A stretch of DNA of 59,797 bases, filler included, from Heptranchias perlo (taxonomy: Eukaryota): NCBI RefSeq assembly GCF_035084215.1. It is 2 parts of 2 records of this genome, joined end to end, with 100 filler letters (N's around TTAATTAATTAA, not from the genome) between each part and the next. Parts side by side here need not be neighbours in the genome. Positions count along the whole stretch, not along the records: positions 1 to 30,801 come from NW_027139558.1; 1 more part is not named here. One strand, written 5' to 3'. The notes beneath the pieces are model-generated. The model was not told the DNA's origin. It did not search any database and saw nothing but the letters and a program-made list of their open reading frames with translations. Of this stretch, positions 11,936 to 22,509 are shown one piece after another (position 1 is the stretch's first letter; the number at the start of each line of letters is the position of its first letter). The translations under genes were made by a program, and so were the position numbers.

Positions 11936-12269
11936 ATTTCCCCCCAACCAATGTCACAGGTCGTTGCACGATAGAACCTGCCTGAATTCTCGTGCCCATA
12001 TATTCTATCCCTGTCGGCCAGCGGTGCTGATGGGAATGAAATAAAGGACAACGAGAAATCACGTGAGATTGGACACGGGCGGGGAACGCAAAATCGGCGG
12101 GATCGCATTTGCCGCCCGTTATACGACACGCCCGATAATCAGTTCCATTAAAGTCAATGGGACTGAGTATCGAGGGGAGAGGATGACGGGGTTCCAACTT
12201 GGGGAATGGAGTCCACCTTCACTGTGGCCAAAACAATCTCCTCATCTGAAATATTCCAATGTCTTCCAG

Positions 12270-12575
12270 CTCAAGCTCCAAAGCTCATCTCCCTTGTTCC
12301 ATCCCTGGAGGTTGTCTACAATCAAACCACTGCTGTCCTGGGCTGTGTAATATCGGAATTCTATCCCGACGCTGTGAAGGTTTCCTGGAGGAAAGCCGGA
12401 GTGCAGCAAGAGGCTGTTGTTCTCCCTTCAAACACGAGAAAAGACGGTGACTTCGAAACGGTCACTTTCCTGACGGTGCCGACGGTGGAATGGACCGAAA
12501 GGGATGTCTACACTTGTGAAGTGACCCACGCACCTTCGAACTTCAATGGGAGGATCAGCATGTGGTATCGAGGGG
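12270..12575 (+). CDS. IgW CH2 exon
   Basis: TTCCAG|CTCAA acceptor; (P)QAPKLISLVPS...LGCVISEFYPDAVKVSW...YTCEVTHAPS...WYRG; GTAAGT donor at 12576; 306 nt. Confidence 0.93.
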
Positions 12576-13153
12576 GTAAGTGGTGTCTGAGGGGGAAAAG
12601 GACGTCCTGTGGGGAATTCCACCTTATATTAACTTAATGCACTGACCCCTGGCCTTCAATCTGTTAACCACTGTCCCTAATATCCACCTCGTTGGGAGAG
12701 GCGAGATTTTCAGTCTTGTGTGTTTTGATATTGAACCCACATTTAAAAGGGGGTAAATTTAACCTGACGCACGGGGCGGGGAAACTGCCTGGATTGGGTC
12801 GACCCTCTCCCCGATTTACCCACTTGCCCGATTTTACTCTCCGCTCCCACCGTCTCCCTCGGGAGCCTGTTCCATAGATTGACCACTCACTCACTGAAAT
12901 ATTGGTTCCCAATTGACCCTCCCCGCGCCCTCCCGCTCCCCCCACTTCGAGCGCAGGCCGTGTCCTCTGGTTCTACTGTTCTGGACACGGTGAAACAGCT
13001 TGTCGTGGTCTCCACGATCGAGAGCCTTTCGCAGCCGAAAAACTCAGGACGGAGCAGAGTTCAGGGGCCCGTGTGGAGCTCCCACTTTCCCAGCACAGGG
13101 GAGGGGGAGATGAGAATGTTTAACACTTAAATCTGCAACTCTTCCATTTCCAG

Positions 13154-13284
13154 GTGGGAACTCCACTTGTTCTTGTTCTGGGTGTATGCCGAGATTCATC
13201 CAACAGACTCAGCTTAATATGATGCTCGCCGATGGGACCGAGCGCGAATATCAATGTCGCCATCAAATGTGCACAATAAAATGA
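13154..13284 (+). CDS. Cys-rich secretory tail exon of the short (2-CH) IgW form
   Basis: Acceptor CTTCCATTTCCAG|GT, in phase with CH2. Encodes GGNSTCSCSGCMPRFIQQTQLNMMLADGTEREYQCRHQMCTIK* (43 aa, 5 Cys). AATAAA at 13275-13280. Not listed in the ORF track. Confidence 0.85.
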
Positions 13285-13666
13285 TTGGTTGTGAATTGAA
13301 TTGGCCGTTGGATTTCATTACAAACCCGTTTGGGGGGTTCAAATCCTGCCCAGGGTGTCCGTGGGGATGAAAGTGCATCGGAGAGCCAGCATCTTTGTCG
13401 GAGATGCGGAGAGAGGGGGGAAAGTGTTTCTTTTTAATTCCCCCCCCCCCCCGCACGGGGAAAACAGAATTAACCTCCTGTCACTCAATATCAGCATTTT
13501 ACAATAATAAGGGGAATTCACCCGACCCTGTGAGGTTTTATGATGGGAGACCACCCTTCACCAGGGACTGTTAAACCTCGAGACTCGGTCACCAATGTAG
13601 GGCTGGGCTGAGCACCTTACAAAAACTGCAATAATTAATGTCAGCAGAGTGTAGATTAAATGTAAA

Positions 13667-13977
13667 TTTACAAATCATTGACTGTAAACGGTGTATATTA
13701 AACCAAAGTTTACAAATCATTGACTATAAACGGTGTATATTAAACCAAAGTTCACAAATCATTGACTGTAAACGGTGTATATTAAACCAAAGTTTACAAA
13801 TCATTGACGATAAACGGTGTATATTAAACCAAAGTTTACAAATCATTGACTATAAACGGTGTATATTAAACCAAAGTTTACAAATCATTGACTATAAACG
13901 GTGTATATTAAACCAAAGTTCACAAATCATTGACTATAAACGGTGTATATTAAACCTAAGTTTACAAATCATTGACT
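13667..13977. repeat. 42-bp AT-rich tandem repeat (~7 copies)
   Basis: Unit TTTACAAATCATTGACTATAAACGGTGTATATTAAACCAAAG. Confidence 0.93.
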
Positions 13978-14569
13978 GGATACGGTGAGAAGCTTTAATG
14001 TGACCAATCCCAAATTTTGGAAGGAAGTTGCTGACCATTTTGTTCAAACAGAAGGGGGAGATAACATCTTAATTTAATAAAAGACACGGTCCTCTCAGGC
14101 AGACACGGTCTGCTGAACATCGGCTCCAACTGCAGACGGAGCAATTGATTCGAGATGTTCATTAAAGGTTTTGATCCTGACACAAAGATAGTCGTCCCTC
14201 CCCAAGTGTTAACTTCACATTATATCACGGTAGAACAGCTGCTGTGGACCAAAGCAGACAGCTTAGTTGTGATTTGCACAGTGAGTGTGTGTGTTAATCG
14301 TGCACTGAACACACGGAGAGCTGTGGGATCTCTGACGTGAGGTTGGTCCTTTGGGAGACGAGTGACAATGGAGATAATGGGTGAAGAATTCGATAAATCC
14401 TCCTCTTCCTCGTCCAATGACTCAGGGACATGAAACGGGGAGGAAGTACAGGTTATGGAGAAAAGATCCCCAACCAGTAGCAAGAGGGGGGACCTTCTGT
14501 CACCTCCTCTGATTCATGGGTTGCTCTGCCGTTACAAACTAACGTTCTTCCTTGACAGGGAGTCATGAA

Positions 14570-14960
14570 CAACACCCTGCATTTATATAGCGCCTTTAAT
14601 GGAGCAAAACGTCCCAAGGGGCTTCACAGGAGCGTAATCAGACAGAAATTGACATTGAGCCAAAGAAGGAGATATTAGGACAGGTCAAAGGGGCAGGTTT
14701 AAAGGAGGGTCTTAAAGGACGAGAGAGAGGAGGCAAATCATTGAGGTTTAGGGAGGGAATTCCAGAGATTAGGGCCCAGACGGCTGAAGGCACGGCCGCC
14801 AATAGTGGGGCGGAGGGAGTGGGCCATGTCCAAAAGCCCAGAGTTGGAGGAAGGCAGAGATCTCGGAGGGTTGTAGGGCTGGAGAATGTCACAGAGATCG
14901 GGAGGCGGGGGGCGAGGCCATGGAGGGGGGATTGGAACAGGAGGAAAGAATTTTAAAATC
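14570..14960 (-). mobile_element. L2-type LINE 3' fragment
   Basis: Minus-strand translation PTIGGRAFSRLGPNLWNSLP; related fragments at ~29296-29540, 42660-42865 and 57500-57650. Confidence 0.7.
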
Positions 14961-15566
14961 GAGGCAATCCCGGGGCTCACTCCGAGTGGAGAAGAGGGGT
15001 CCTCATTGACTCAGTGTGCTCAGTGTCACAAATCAATCCACAGCTCACACCAGGTGTCTGAGCAAACAAGCTTTTATCCAATTGTTTCTTTTGCTAACCA
15101 GTCTGCATCTCTCTCTCGCTCCATCCCACAAACCTGAGATTGCATTTTATTAACATCACTGGAACTAAATGTCACTCAGCCCCGCAACTCAATCGCAGTC
15201 CCCATTGTGGATCCAGTGGGCACGGTTACGGGAAACGCATTAAAATCGCATCCCGACAGTTCTTGATGCTTTGATGATGTTTTCTCGGTCAAAACATGCA
15301 AACCAAGAAATGCAAGATATATTTTAAACAACCCTGGGATTTGCTAATGTTCGATTTGCTACAAATTTAGCTCCAGTACAGTTTGATCCAACAACAGCCC
15401 AAGATATTACAGGTTAAAAAGGACTCAGGTTAAAACTGTTTACAGTCACTTCTGTCTTGACCTTCCATCACTGATCACCAATAGAAAAGGCTCTCCTAAA
15501 ATTCTGAAGCCCCTTGACACCAGATATTGTCCATTCTTCTGAAGGTTTCCCCTTTCTCATTCCCAG

Positions 15567-15869
15567 GAATGTCTGTCTTTATCCGAAATCCTTCTATTGA
15601 AGAGGTTTGGATCAACAACACTGCTACCCTGGTGTGCGAGGTGGTCTGTGCCGATCCGAGCCAGGTCCAGATCTCCTGGGAGGTGAACGGGAAGGAGAGA
15701 AGTGAAGGGATTGTGACCCAGGGGCCGAGAGAGGAAGGGTCCCAACGCACGGTCGTCAGCCGACTCCGAACCAGCGCGATGGAGTGGGCCAGTGGGGTAG
15801 AGTACGTGTGCTCTGCCCAAGGTCCTTCCTCATCCTCGCCCGTGTCCAAACGGACAAGAAGTGCAAAAG
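15567..15869 (+). CDS. IgW CH3 exon
   Basis: TCCCAG|GAATG acceptor; (G)MSVFIRNPSIEEVWINNTATLVCEV...ISW...GVEYVCSA...SAK; GT donor at 15870; 303 nt. Confidence 0.92.
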
Positions 15870-15959
15870 GTGGGCAAGAGATCAGAAATTAAAGGCCTGC
15901 CTTTGATAACCTTGAGGGGAAAGAGTTTAACACTTTCTTTGTTTGCCCGTCTGTTCCAG

Positions 15960-16277
15960 TCGAGCCCAAGAGTCCCACGGTCAGACTGCTGCCTCCACCA
16001 GCCCAAGAGACCAAGAGTAAGAACACGGCCACACTCGAGTGTATGATCACGGGATTCTACCCGGACCTCATACACGTCTCCTGGGAGAAAGACGGCTCCC
16101 CGATCTCCTCCAACACCAGCGCTGCACCCACCGCCCTGGAACAGGCGAGGACTTTCAGCGCCAGGCACTACCTGACCGTGAGTACAGAGGAGTGGAAGAA
16201 AGGCTCAGTCTTCACCTGTACAGTGTCTCATCCACCCACCAACTCCACCACCAGCCAGGAGGTGAAGGACGTTCAAG
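15960..16277 (+). CDS. IgW CH4 exon
   Basis: After a 90-nt intron, TTCCAG|TCGAG acceptor; (V)EPKSPTVRLLPPP...TLECMITGFYPDLIHVSW...FTCTVSHPP...DVQ; GTAAGG donor at 16278; 318 nt. Confidence 0.93.
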
Positions 16278-16383
16278 GTAAGGTCCTGGGCCTGACTCCA
16301 ATATTGACATCCTTTGTCCCCACTGCTATAAACTCTACTCGGGCCAGACAAGTTCAACACTGACGCCATAGATATGGGAACGG

Positions 16384-17245
16384 AGTGGTTAATGTGACGG
16401 GACTAGTAATCCAGAGGCCTGGGCTAAGAAGGAAAGAAACACTTGCATTTATGCAGCGCCTTTCACAACCTCAGGACGTCCCAAAGCGCTTTGCAGCCAA
16501 TGAAGTCCTTTCTTTTAGTCACTGTTGTAATGTAGGGAACGCGGGAGCCAATTTGCGCACAGCAAGATCCCACAAACAGCAACGTGATAATGACCAGATC
16601 ATCTGTTTTAGTGCTGTTGGTTGAGGGATAAATATTGGCCCCAGAACACCAGGGAGAACTCCCCAGCTCTTCTTCGAAATAGTGCCATGGGATCTTTTCG
16701 ATCCACCTGAGAGGGGCGGACGGGGCCTGGGTTTAATGTCTCAGCCGAGAGACGGCACCTCCGACAGTGCAGCACTCCCTCAGTACTGGCACCGGGGATT
16801 GTCGGCCTGGGTTATGGGCTCAAGTCTCTGGAGTGGGGCTCTGGGCCCACAACCTTCTGACCACAGAGGCGAGGGTCCGACCCACTGAGCCAAGGCTGAC
16901 ACTTACAGTTAATAATCCACAGAACTAAGTTCAAATCCCACCAGGGCAGTTGGAGAATTTGAAATCAGTTTGAAAAGTGAAAACTGGAAATGAAAAGTTG
17001 GTCTCAGTAAAAGTGAGCGTGAACCAGGAAAAACCCAACTGGTTCGTTAACGTCCCTTTGGGGAAGGAAACCTGCCGTCCTTCCCCTGTCTGGCCTACAC
17101 GTGACTCCCGTCTCACACCAAAGTGGTCGACTCTTAATTGCCCTCTGAAGGGGCCCAGCAAGCCACTCAGTTGTATCTCTGGAGATGAGCAAGACATGGC
17201 GGCCTTGCCAGCGACGCCCACATCCCATGAGGGAATCATGAAATA
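16384..17245 (+). mobile_element. tRNA-derived SINE with LINE-derived tail (HE1-like), interrupted by a minus-strand DeuSINE-like element at ~16442-16902
   Basis: 5' tRNA-like GTGGTTAATG..GGACTAGTAATCCAGAG resumes after the insert at GTTCAAATCCCACC. Its 3' end GGCCTTGCCAGCGACGCCCACATCCCATGA matches the tail of the LINE at 24962-26009. Confidence 0.65.
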
Positions 17246-17267
17246 ATAATGATAATATTTCTCCCAG

Positions 17268-17588
17268 ATCAATGTTTGGACACCGGCATCTCAGTCACCT
17301 TAAGCAAACCTTCCTTCGAAGAGATCTGGAGGAACAGGACGGCAACCATTATTTGTGAGGTGCTTCACGGTGATTTAGAGGGGGTGAGGGTAACCTGGCA
17401 GGTGGACGGAAAGGAGCGAGAAGATGGGGTGAAGACTCAGGGGCCCGAGAGGAATGGAGATAAAGAAAGGATCTCCAGCAGACTGACGGTCCCCGCCGCA
17501 GAGTGGGAGAGTGGGGTCGAGTATTTGTGTTTGGTGGAGGACGAGAGTTTGCCAACGCCGGAGAAGAGGGCGATCAAGAAGATGCAAG
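17268..17588 (+). CDS. IgW CH5 exon
   Basis: CTCCCAG|ATCAA acceptor; (D)QCLDTGISVTLSKPSFEEIW...IICEV...VTW...GVEYLCLV...KMQ; GTAGGT donor at 17589; 321 nt. Confidence 0.93.
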
Positions 17589-17635
17589 GTAGGTGTGGAC
17601 AGAGCTCGGTGTGAGTCTGATCTTAGCAAATGAAG

Positions 17636-18425
17636 GGATTTATTACCATCTAGAGGGAAGCTGTCTCGCACAGGGGAGTGATTTATTACTGTCTCGAGGG
17701 AAGCTGTCCAGTACAGGGGAGTGATTTATTACTGTCTAGGGGGAAGCTGTCCAGTACAGGGGAGTGATTTATTACTGTCTAGGGGGAAGCTGTCTCGTAC
17801 AGGGGAGTGATTTATTACTGTCGAGGGGGAAGCTGTCTCGTACAGGGGAGTGATTTATTACTGTCCAGGGGGAAGCTGTCTAGTACAGGGGAGTGATTTA
17901 TTACTGTCGAGGGGGAAGCTGTCTAGTACAGGGGAGTGATTTATTACTGTCGAGGGGGAAGCTGTCTCGTACAGGGGAGTGATTTATTACTGTCCAGGGG
18001 GAAGCTGTCCAGTACAGGGGAGTGATTTATTACTGTCTAGGGGGAAGCTGTCTAGTACAGGGGAGTGATTTATTACTGTCGAGGGGGAAGCTGTCTAGTA
18101 CAGGGGAGTGATTTATTACTGTCCAGGGGGAAGCTGTCTAGTACAGGGGAGTGATTTATTACTGTCTTGGGGGAAGCTGTCCAGTACAGGGGAGTGATTT
18201 ATTACTGTCTAGGGGGAAGCTGTCTGGAACAGGGGAGTGATTTATTACTGTCGAGGGGGAAGCTGTCTAGTACAGGGGAGTGATTTATTACTGTCGAGGG
18301 GGAAGCTGTCTAGTACAGGGGAGTGATTTATTACTGTCTGGAGGGAAGCTGTCTCGTACAGGGGAGTGATTTATTACTGTCCAGGGGGAAGCTGTCAAGA
18401 ACAGGGGAGTGATTTATTACTGTCT
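17636..18425. repeat. 43-bp G-rich, AGCT-containing tandem repeat (~18 copies)
   Basis: Unit ACAGGGGAGTGATTTATTACTGTCTAGGGGGAAGCTGTCTAGT. Confidence 0.95.
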
Positions 18426-18464
18426 GACGATGGGAAATGGATTTACCTCTGGTGTTTCTCGTAG

Positions 18465-18830
18465 AATCAGACGGCACAGAAGGAGGCCACTCGGCCCATC
18501 GTGCCTGTGCCGGCTCTTTGAAAGAACTTTCCAATTAATCCCACTCCCCCGCTCTTTCCCCAGAGCCCTGCAAATTTTCTCCTTTTTAAATATTGATCCA
18601 ATTCCCTTTTGAAAGTTATTATTGAATCTCCTCCCACCGCCCTTTCAGGCAGTGAATTCCAGATTGGAACAACTCACTGCGTCAAAAATTCTCCTCATCT
18701 CCCCCTCTGGTTCTTTCACCAATTCTCTTCAATCTGTGTCCTCTGGTTCCCGACCCTCCTGTCACTGGAAACAGTTTCTCCTGATTTACTCTCTCAAAAC
18801 CCCCCATGATTTCGAACCCCGCTATTAAAT
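18465..18830 (-). mobile_element. CR1 LINE 3' fragment
   Basis: Same family as 11500-11935 and 29950-30400. Confidence 0.7.
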
Positions 18831-19144
18831 CTATCATTGGAAGAGCAGCCCGTCCCCTTAACCAGTCGGACTCTCTTTCTGCAGAGTTCCAGTTGTTCAC
18901 TGGCTCCAGATGTTTAAACGGGACACACTAACCTCACTGGAGGTTATAAAATCAGCAAGATTGAAGATTCCTCCTCTCCCTCCCCCCAACAATAAACAAA
19001 CGGAGAAATGCCTTTAGTTTCCGAGATAGACGGGGGTCTCTGGGGATGTAAAAGGTGCCCAGGGTTTGTGTAAGAGTAGAACGTCTCAGGTAAATCCAGG
19101 ATGGGTGAAAGTCTCAGTCTAACCAAGGTTGTCTCTGTTTCCAG

Positions 19145-19530
19145 TGGACGCGCAGACTCGCCCTCAAGTCTACATCCTCCCCCCTTCACCGGACGAGATG
19201 GAGACGGATCAGACGGCGACCCTGGTGTGTCTGGTCACCCGATTCTCCCCCGCAGAGATCTACGTGGCCTGGATGGCCAACGACACCCTTCTGAAGTCGG
19301 GCTTCGTGAACCAGCCGGTGACCGAGGACGGCGGAAGGGGCTGGAACTCGGCGGGCAGCCGGTTGACGGTCCCCGCAGAGGAGTGGAACAGCAGCACCAC
19401 TTTCTCCTGTGTGGTGGGACACGAGTCGCTCACAACCAATCTGTTCAGAAGCATCAATAAATCTCACAGCAAACCCACCCTGGTGAACATCTCACTTGTT
19501 CTAGCCGATAGCTTGAAATCCTGTTTCTAA
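19145..19530 (+). CDS. IgW CH6 exon plus long-form secretory tailpiece
   Basis: TTTCCAG|TGGAC acceptor; (V)DAQTRPQVYILPPS...LVCLVTRFSP...W...FSCVVGHESL...INKSHSKPTLVNISLVLADSLKSCF*. The tailpiece has an N-x-S site and a penultimate Cys. Confidence 0.95.
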
Positions 19531-19865
19531 CATCGAATGATTCAATGAGTGACCTTCAGATAGAAAATAATCCCTGTAAATGTACCGTTAACCCCACCAG
19601 GGGGGTCTTGTGCTCACTATCAAATCTCCCTTTTGGTAACAGAACACTTAAAACGTCATCAAAATCAGACCTTGTTCAGTAATTGAGAAAAATATCGAAA
19701 TGATCGAATCAGGACACAAACATTATTGGCTCCAAATCTCACAAGGTCTGGACTCCCTCCTGAAAACCTTTTTTGTGCCTCGTTTGACTGAGTTTGAAAC
19801 CTGTGTGAGACCCTCACGAAGGGTTAAATGCCTGTTGTACAATGTCAATGTACCAATCCAATATC

Positions 19866-19871
19866 AATAAA
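19866..19871 (+). terminator. Poly(A) signal for the long secretory mRNA
   Basis: AATAAA ~335 nt after the stop, followed by GT/T-rich sequence (19905-19922). Confidence 0.6.
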
Positions 19872-19922
19872 GGAGATGGGAAAAGGTTTGGATTTCCGGG
19901 TCTTCATTGTGGGTGTTGTTTC

Positions 19923-20187
19923 GGGAGAGAGTCTCCGAGTAATTTGGGGACATGAGGTGCGGGAAGTGGAACAGGGCTCGGGAGGAACAGGTGACTTTGG
20001 ACCAATGGCTCCCCAAAGCTCTCCACCACTGGGGGTTTTCCTCACCTCATGTCTGGGTCTGTTGGAGACTAATTGATGGAGATCGATTGCTCTGATTAGT
20101 CAACAACTCCATTATCATCGTATCACACGGCGACCAGGGTGGGAGAAGGGGAACCAGACGGCCCTTGGTCTTTCTCGGTCCACCAAT
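19923..20187 (+). repeat. 265-bp dispersed direct repeat, copy 2
   Basis: Matches 7997-8261. Confidence 0.9.
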
Positions 20188-20526
20188 CCCAATTTGCACC
20201 CAGCGAGTTCCCACAAACAGCAATGTGATAATGACCAGATCATCTGTATTTTAGTGATGTTGGTTGAGGGATAAATATTGGCCCAGGACACCGGGGAGAA
20301 CTCCCCTGCTCTTCTTCCAATAGTGGCCATGAGATATTTTACATCCACCTGAGAGGCCTCCGTTTAACGTCTCACCCCAAAGACGGCACCTCCGACAGTG
20401 CAGCACTCCCTCGGTACTGGCACCGGGGAGTGTCGGCCTGGATTATGGACTCAAGTCCCTGGAGTGGGACTTGAACCCACAACCTTTGGACTCAGAGACG
20501 AGCGTGCTACCCACTGAGCCACAGCT
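20188..20526 (-). mobile_element. DeuSINE-like tRNA SINE, partial
   Basis: Same core as 7406-7749, plus a reverse-complemented tRNA head (ACTTGAACCC...ACCCACTGAGCCA). Confidence 0.7.
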
Positions 20527-21003
20527 GGCACCCGTGTTAGGTGGTGGGGTGGGGGTCCCTGTTTGAGGGGTCCCCGTGCTCAGGCACCCCAGTGCTGCTC
20601 GACCAGGTGTGGATGTGTGAGGCTGAATAACAGAAGAGGCGTGTCTGGGCATTGGTGACTTTTCTGGACCAATGGTCCAGTTAAACGTCTGTCTGTCAGC
20701 ACCCAAAGTAAATCTCAGCTGGGCCGTAACTCTTGAGAATGAAACAATCCTGTGGGAAAGTAGAGTTAATGGGCTCACAATGACAGAGGGCCCTGGATCA
20801 ATGAGGCTGGAAGACCCCTTCACATTTGCCCACTGACCCTCACTGGATCACTTCCCCCTTATTCCATCCCAGTGAGCCGTGAATCACAGGCTTTCCCATC
20901 CCATTCAGCCCCTCACTCCCTCACATCACCAATCACAAGAGATTGTCTCATTGAGCGGAGCTGCTCAGTGCTGAACCTGGTGACTCCTTCCGATTTACAA
21001 GTT

Positions 21004-21350
21004 CCGCTGACACTCCAGTGCAGTACTGAAGGAGTGCCGCACTGTCGGAGGTGCCGTCTTTCGCATGAGATGTTAAACCGAGACCCCCGTCTGCCCCTCT
21101 CAGGTGGACCGAAAAGATCCCACGGTCACTATTTTGAAGAAGAGCAGGGGAGTTCTCCCCGGTGTCCTGGGCCAATATTTATCCTTCAACCAAGAAACAG
21201 ATTATCTGCTCATTATCACATTGCTGTTTGTGGGATCTTGCTGTGCACAAAATGGCTGCCATGTTTCCTACATGACAACAGTGACTACACTTCGACAGTA
21301 CTTCATTGGCTGTAAAGCACCTTGGGATGTCCTGAGCTCTTGAAAGGCGC
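21004..21350 (+). mobile_element. DeuSINE-like tRNA SINE, partial
   Basis: Reverse complement of the core at 7406-7749. Confidence 0.7.
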
Positions 21351-21987
21351 NNNNNNNNNNNNNNNNNNNNNNNNNNNNNNNNNNNNNNNNNNNNNNNNNN
21401 NNNNNNNNNNNNNNNNNNNNNNNNNNNNNNNNNNNNNNNNNNNNNNNNNNNNNNNNNNNNNNNNNNNNNNNNNNNNNNNNNNNNNNNNNNNNNNNNNNNN
21501 NNNNNNNNNNNNNNNNTGGAACACAAAGAGAGAAGCAGACAGAGAGAGAGAGGCAGAGACAAATAGAGAGAAAGAGGGAGGGATGAAGAGCGAGACAGAG
21601 AGAGCGAGACAAAGAGAGAGACAGAGAGAGGGAGAGAAGACAGAGAGAGAGAGACAGAGAAAGGGACACAGACAGATACACTGAAACACAGAGAGNNNNN
21701 NNNNNNNNNNNNNNNNNNNNNNNNNNNNNNNNNNNNNNNNNNNNNNNNNNNNNNNNNNNNNNNNNNNNNNNNNNNNNNNNNNNNNNNNNNNNNNNNNNNN
21801 NNNNNNNNNNNNNNNNNNNNNNNNNNNNNNNNNNNNNNNNNNNNNNNNNNNNNNNNNNNNNNNNNGATTCTCTGCTCCCAGTGCCACTCCCCCCTCACTG
21901 TGTTATCTCCAAACTATTGAGATATTGTCGATGGTTATGAAACATCCACAGGAAACTCTAACAGCCCCAATTTCTCATTCCTTTCAG

Positions 21988-22130
21988 AATTCCCTCCAGA
22001 CGAGGCAGGAGAGGAAGGGAAGGAAGAAGCAGGAGATTGGGATGGAGACGACAATGTGTTAACAGTCGCTGCCTTCGCCATCCTCTTCATTCTAAGTTTC
22101 CTCTACAGCACCTTCGTCACCGTTATCAAG
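21988..22130 (+). CDS. IgW TM1 exon (acidic spacer + transmembrane helix)
   Basis: CTTTCAG|AATTC phase-1 acceptor; (E)FPPDEAGEEGKEEAGDWDGDDNVLTVAAFAILFILSFLYSTFVTVIK with the antigen-receptor F-x-x-L-F-x-L-S-x-x-Y-S-T motif; GTAACC donor at 22131. Confidence 0.93.
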
Positions 22131-22509
22131 GTAACCAGCCTTTGACTATCAAATGAGCAGCAGCACAGACATCCCATAATGCCCACGGTTTGACCTTCAA
22201 TTTCTCCCCACATCTTATGATGTGACTCTGAGATTCCAGCCATCACCCGAGGGCCAGACTAACAGTGCAGTGTGGAACCCTTCACCACCTCTGGCACCTT
22301 GAACCTTTCCCCTTTTCTCCTGTCCCCAGGGCCTCGATTCAGCACCGCTGGTGACTGGGGGTGATGGGAATTTGGGTCAACGCTCCTGGGCTGGGACGGG
22401 GAAATCAAAGAGGGTTCAGATAGACTCAGGTCACCAGCCGTGACCCTGACCAACACTGGGCTCTGTACCCATGGGCCTGAGCCCAACTGAGGGCTTATTC
22501 TGTAGGCCC

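Noticed and set aside
12576-12637. CH2 read-through tail GKWCLRGKRTSCGEFHLILT* as another secretory form
   Set aside because: Consensus GTAAGT donor, no nearby poly(A) signal, and a better tail exon exists at 13154.
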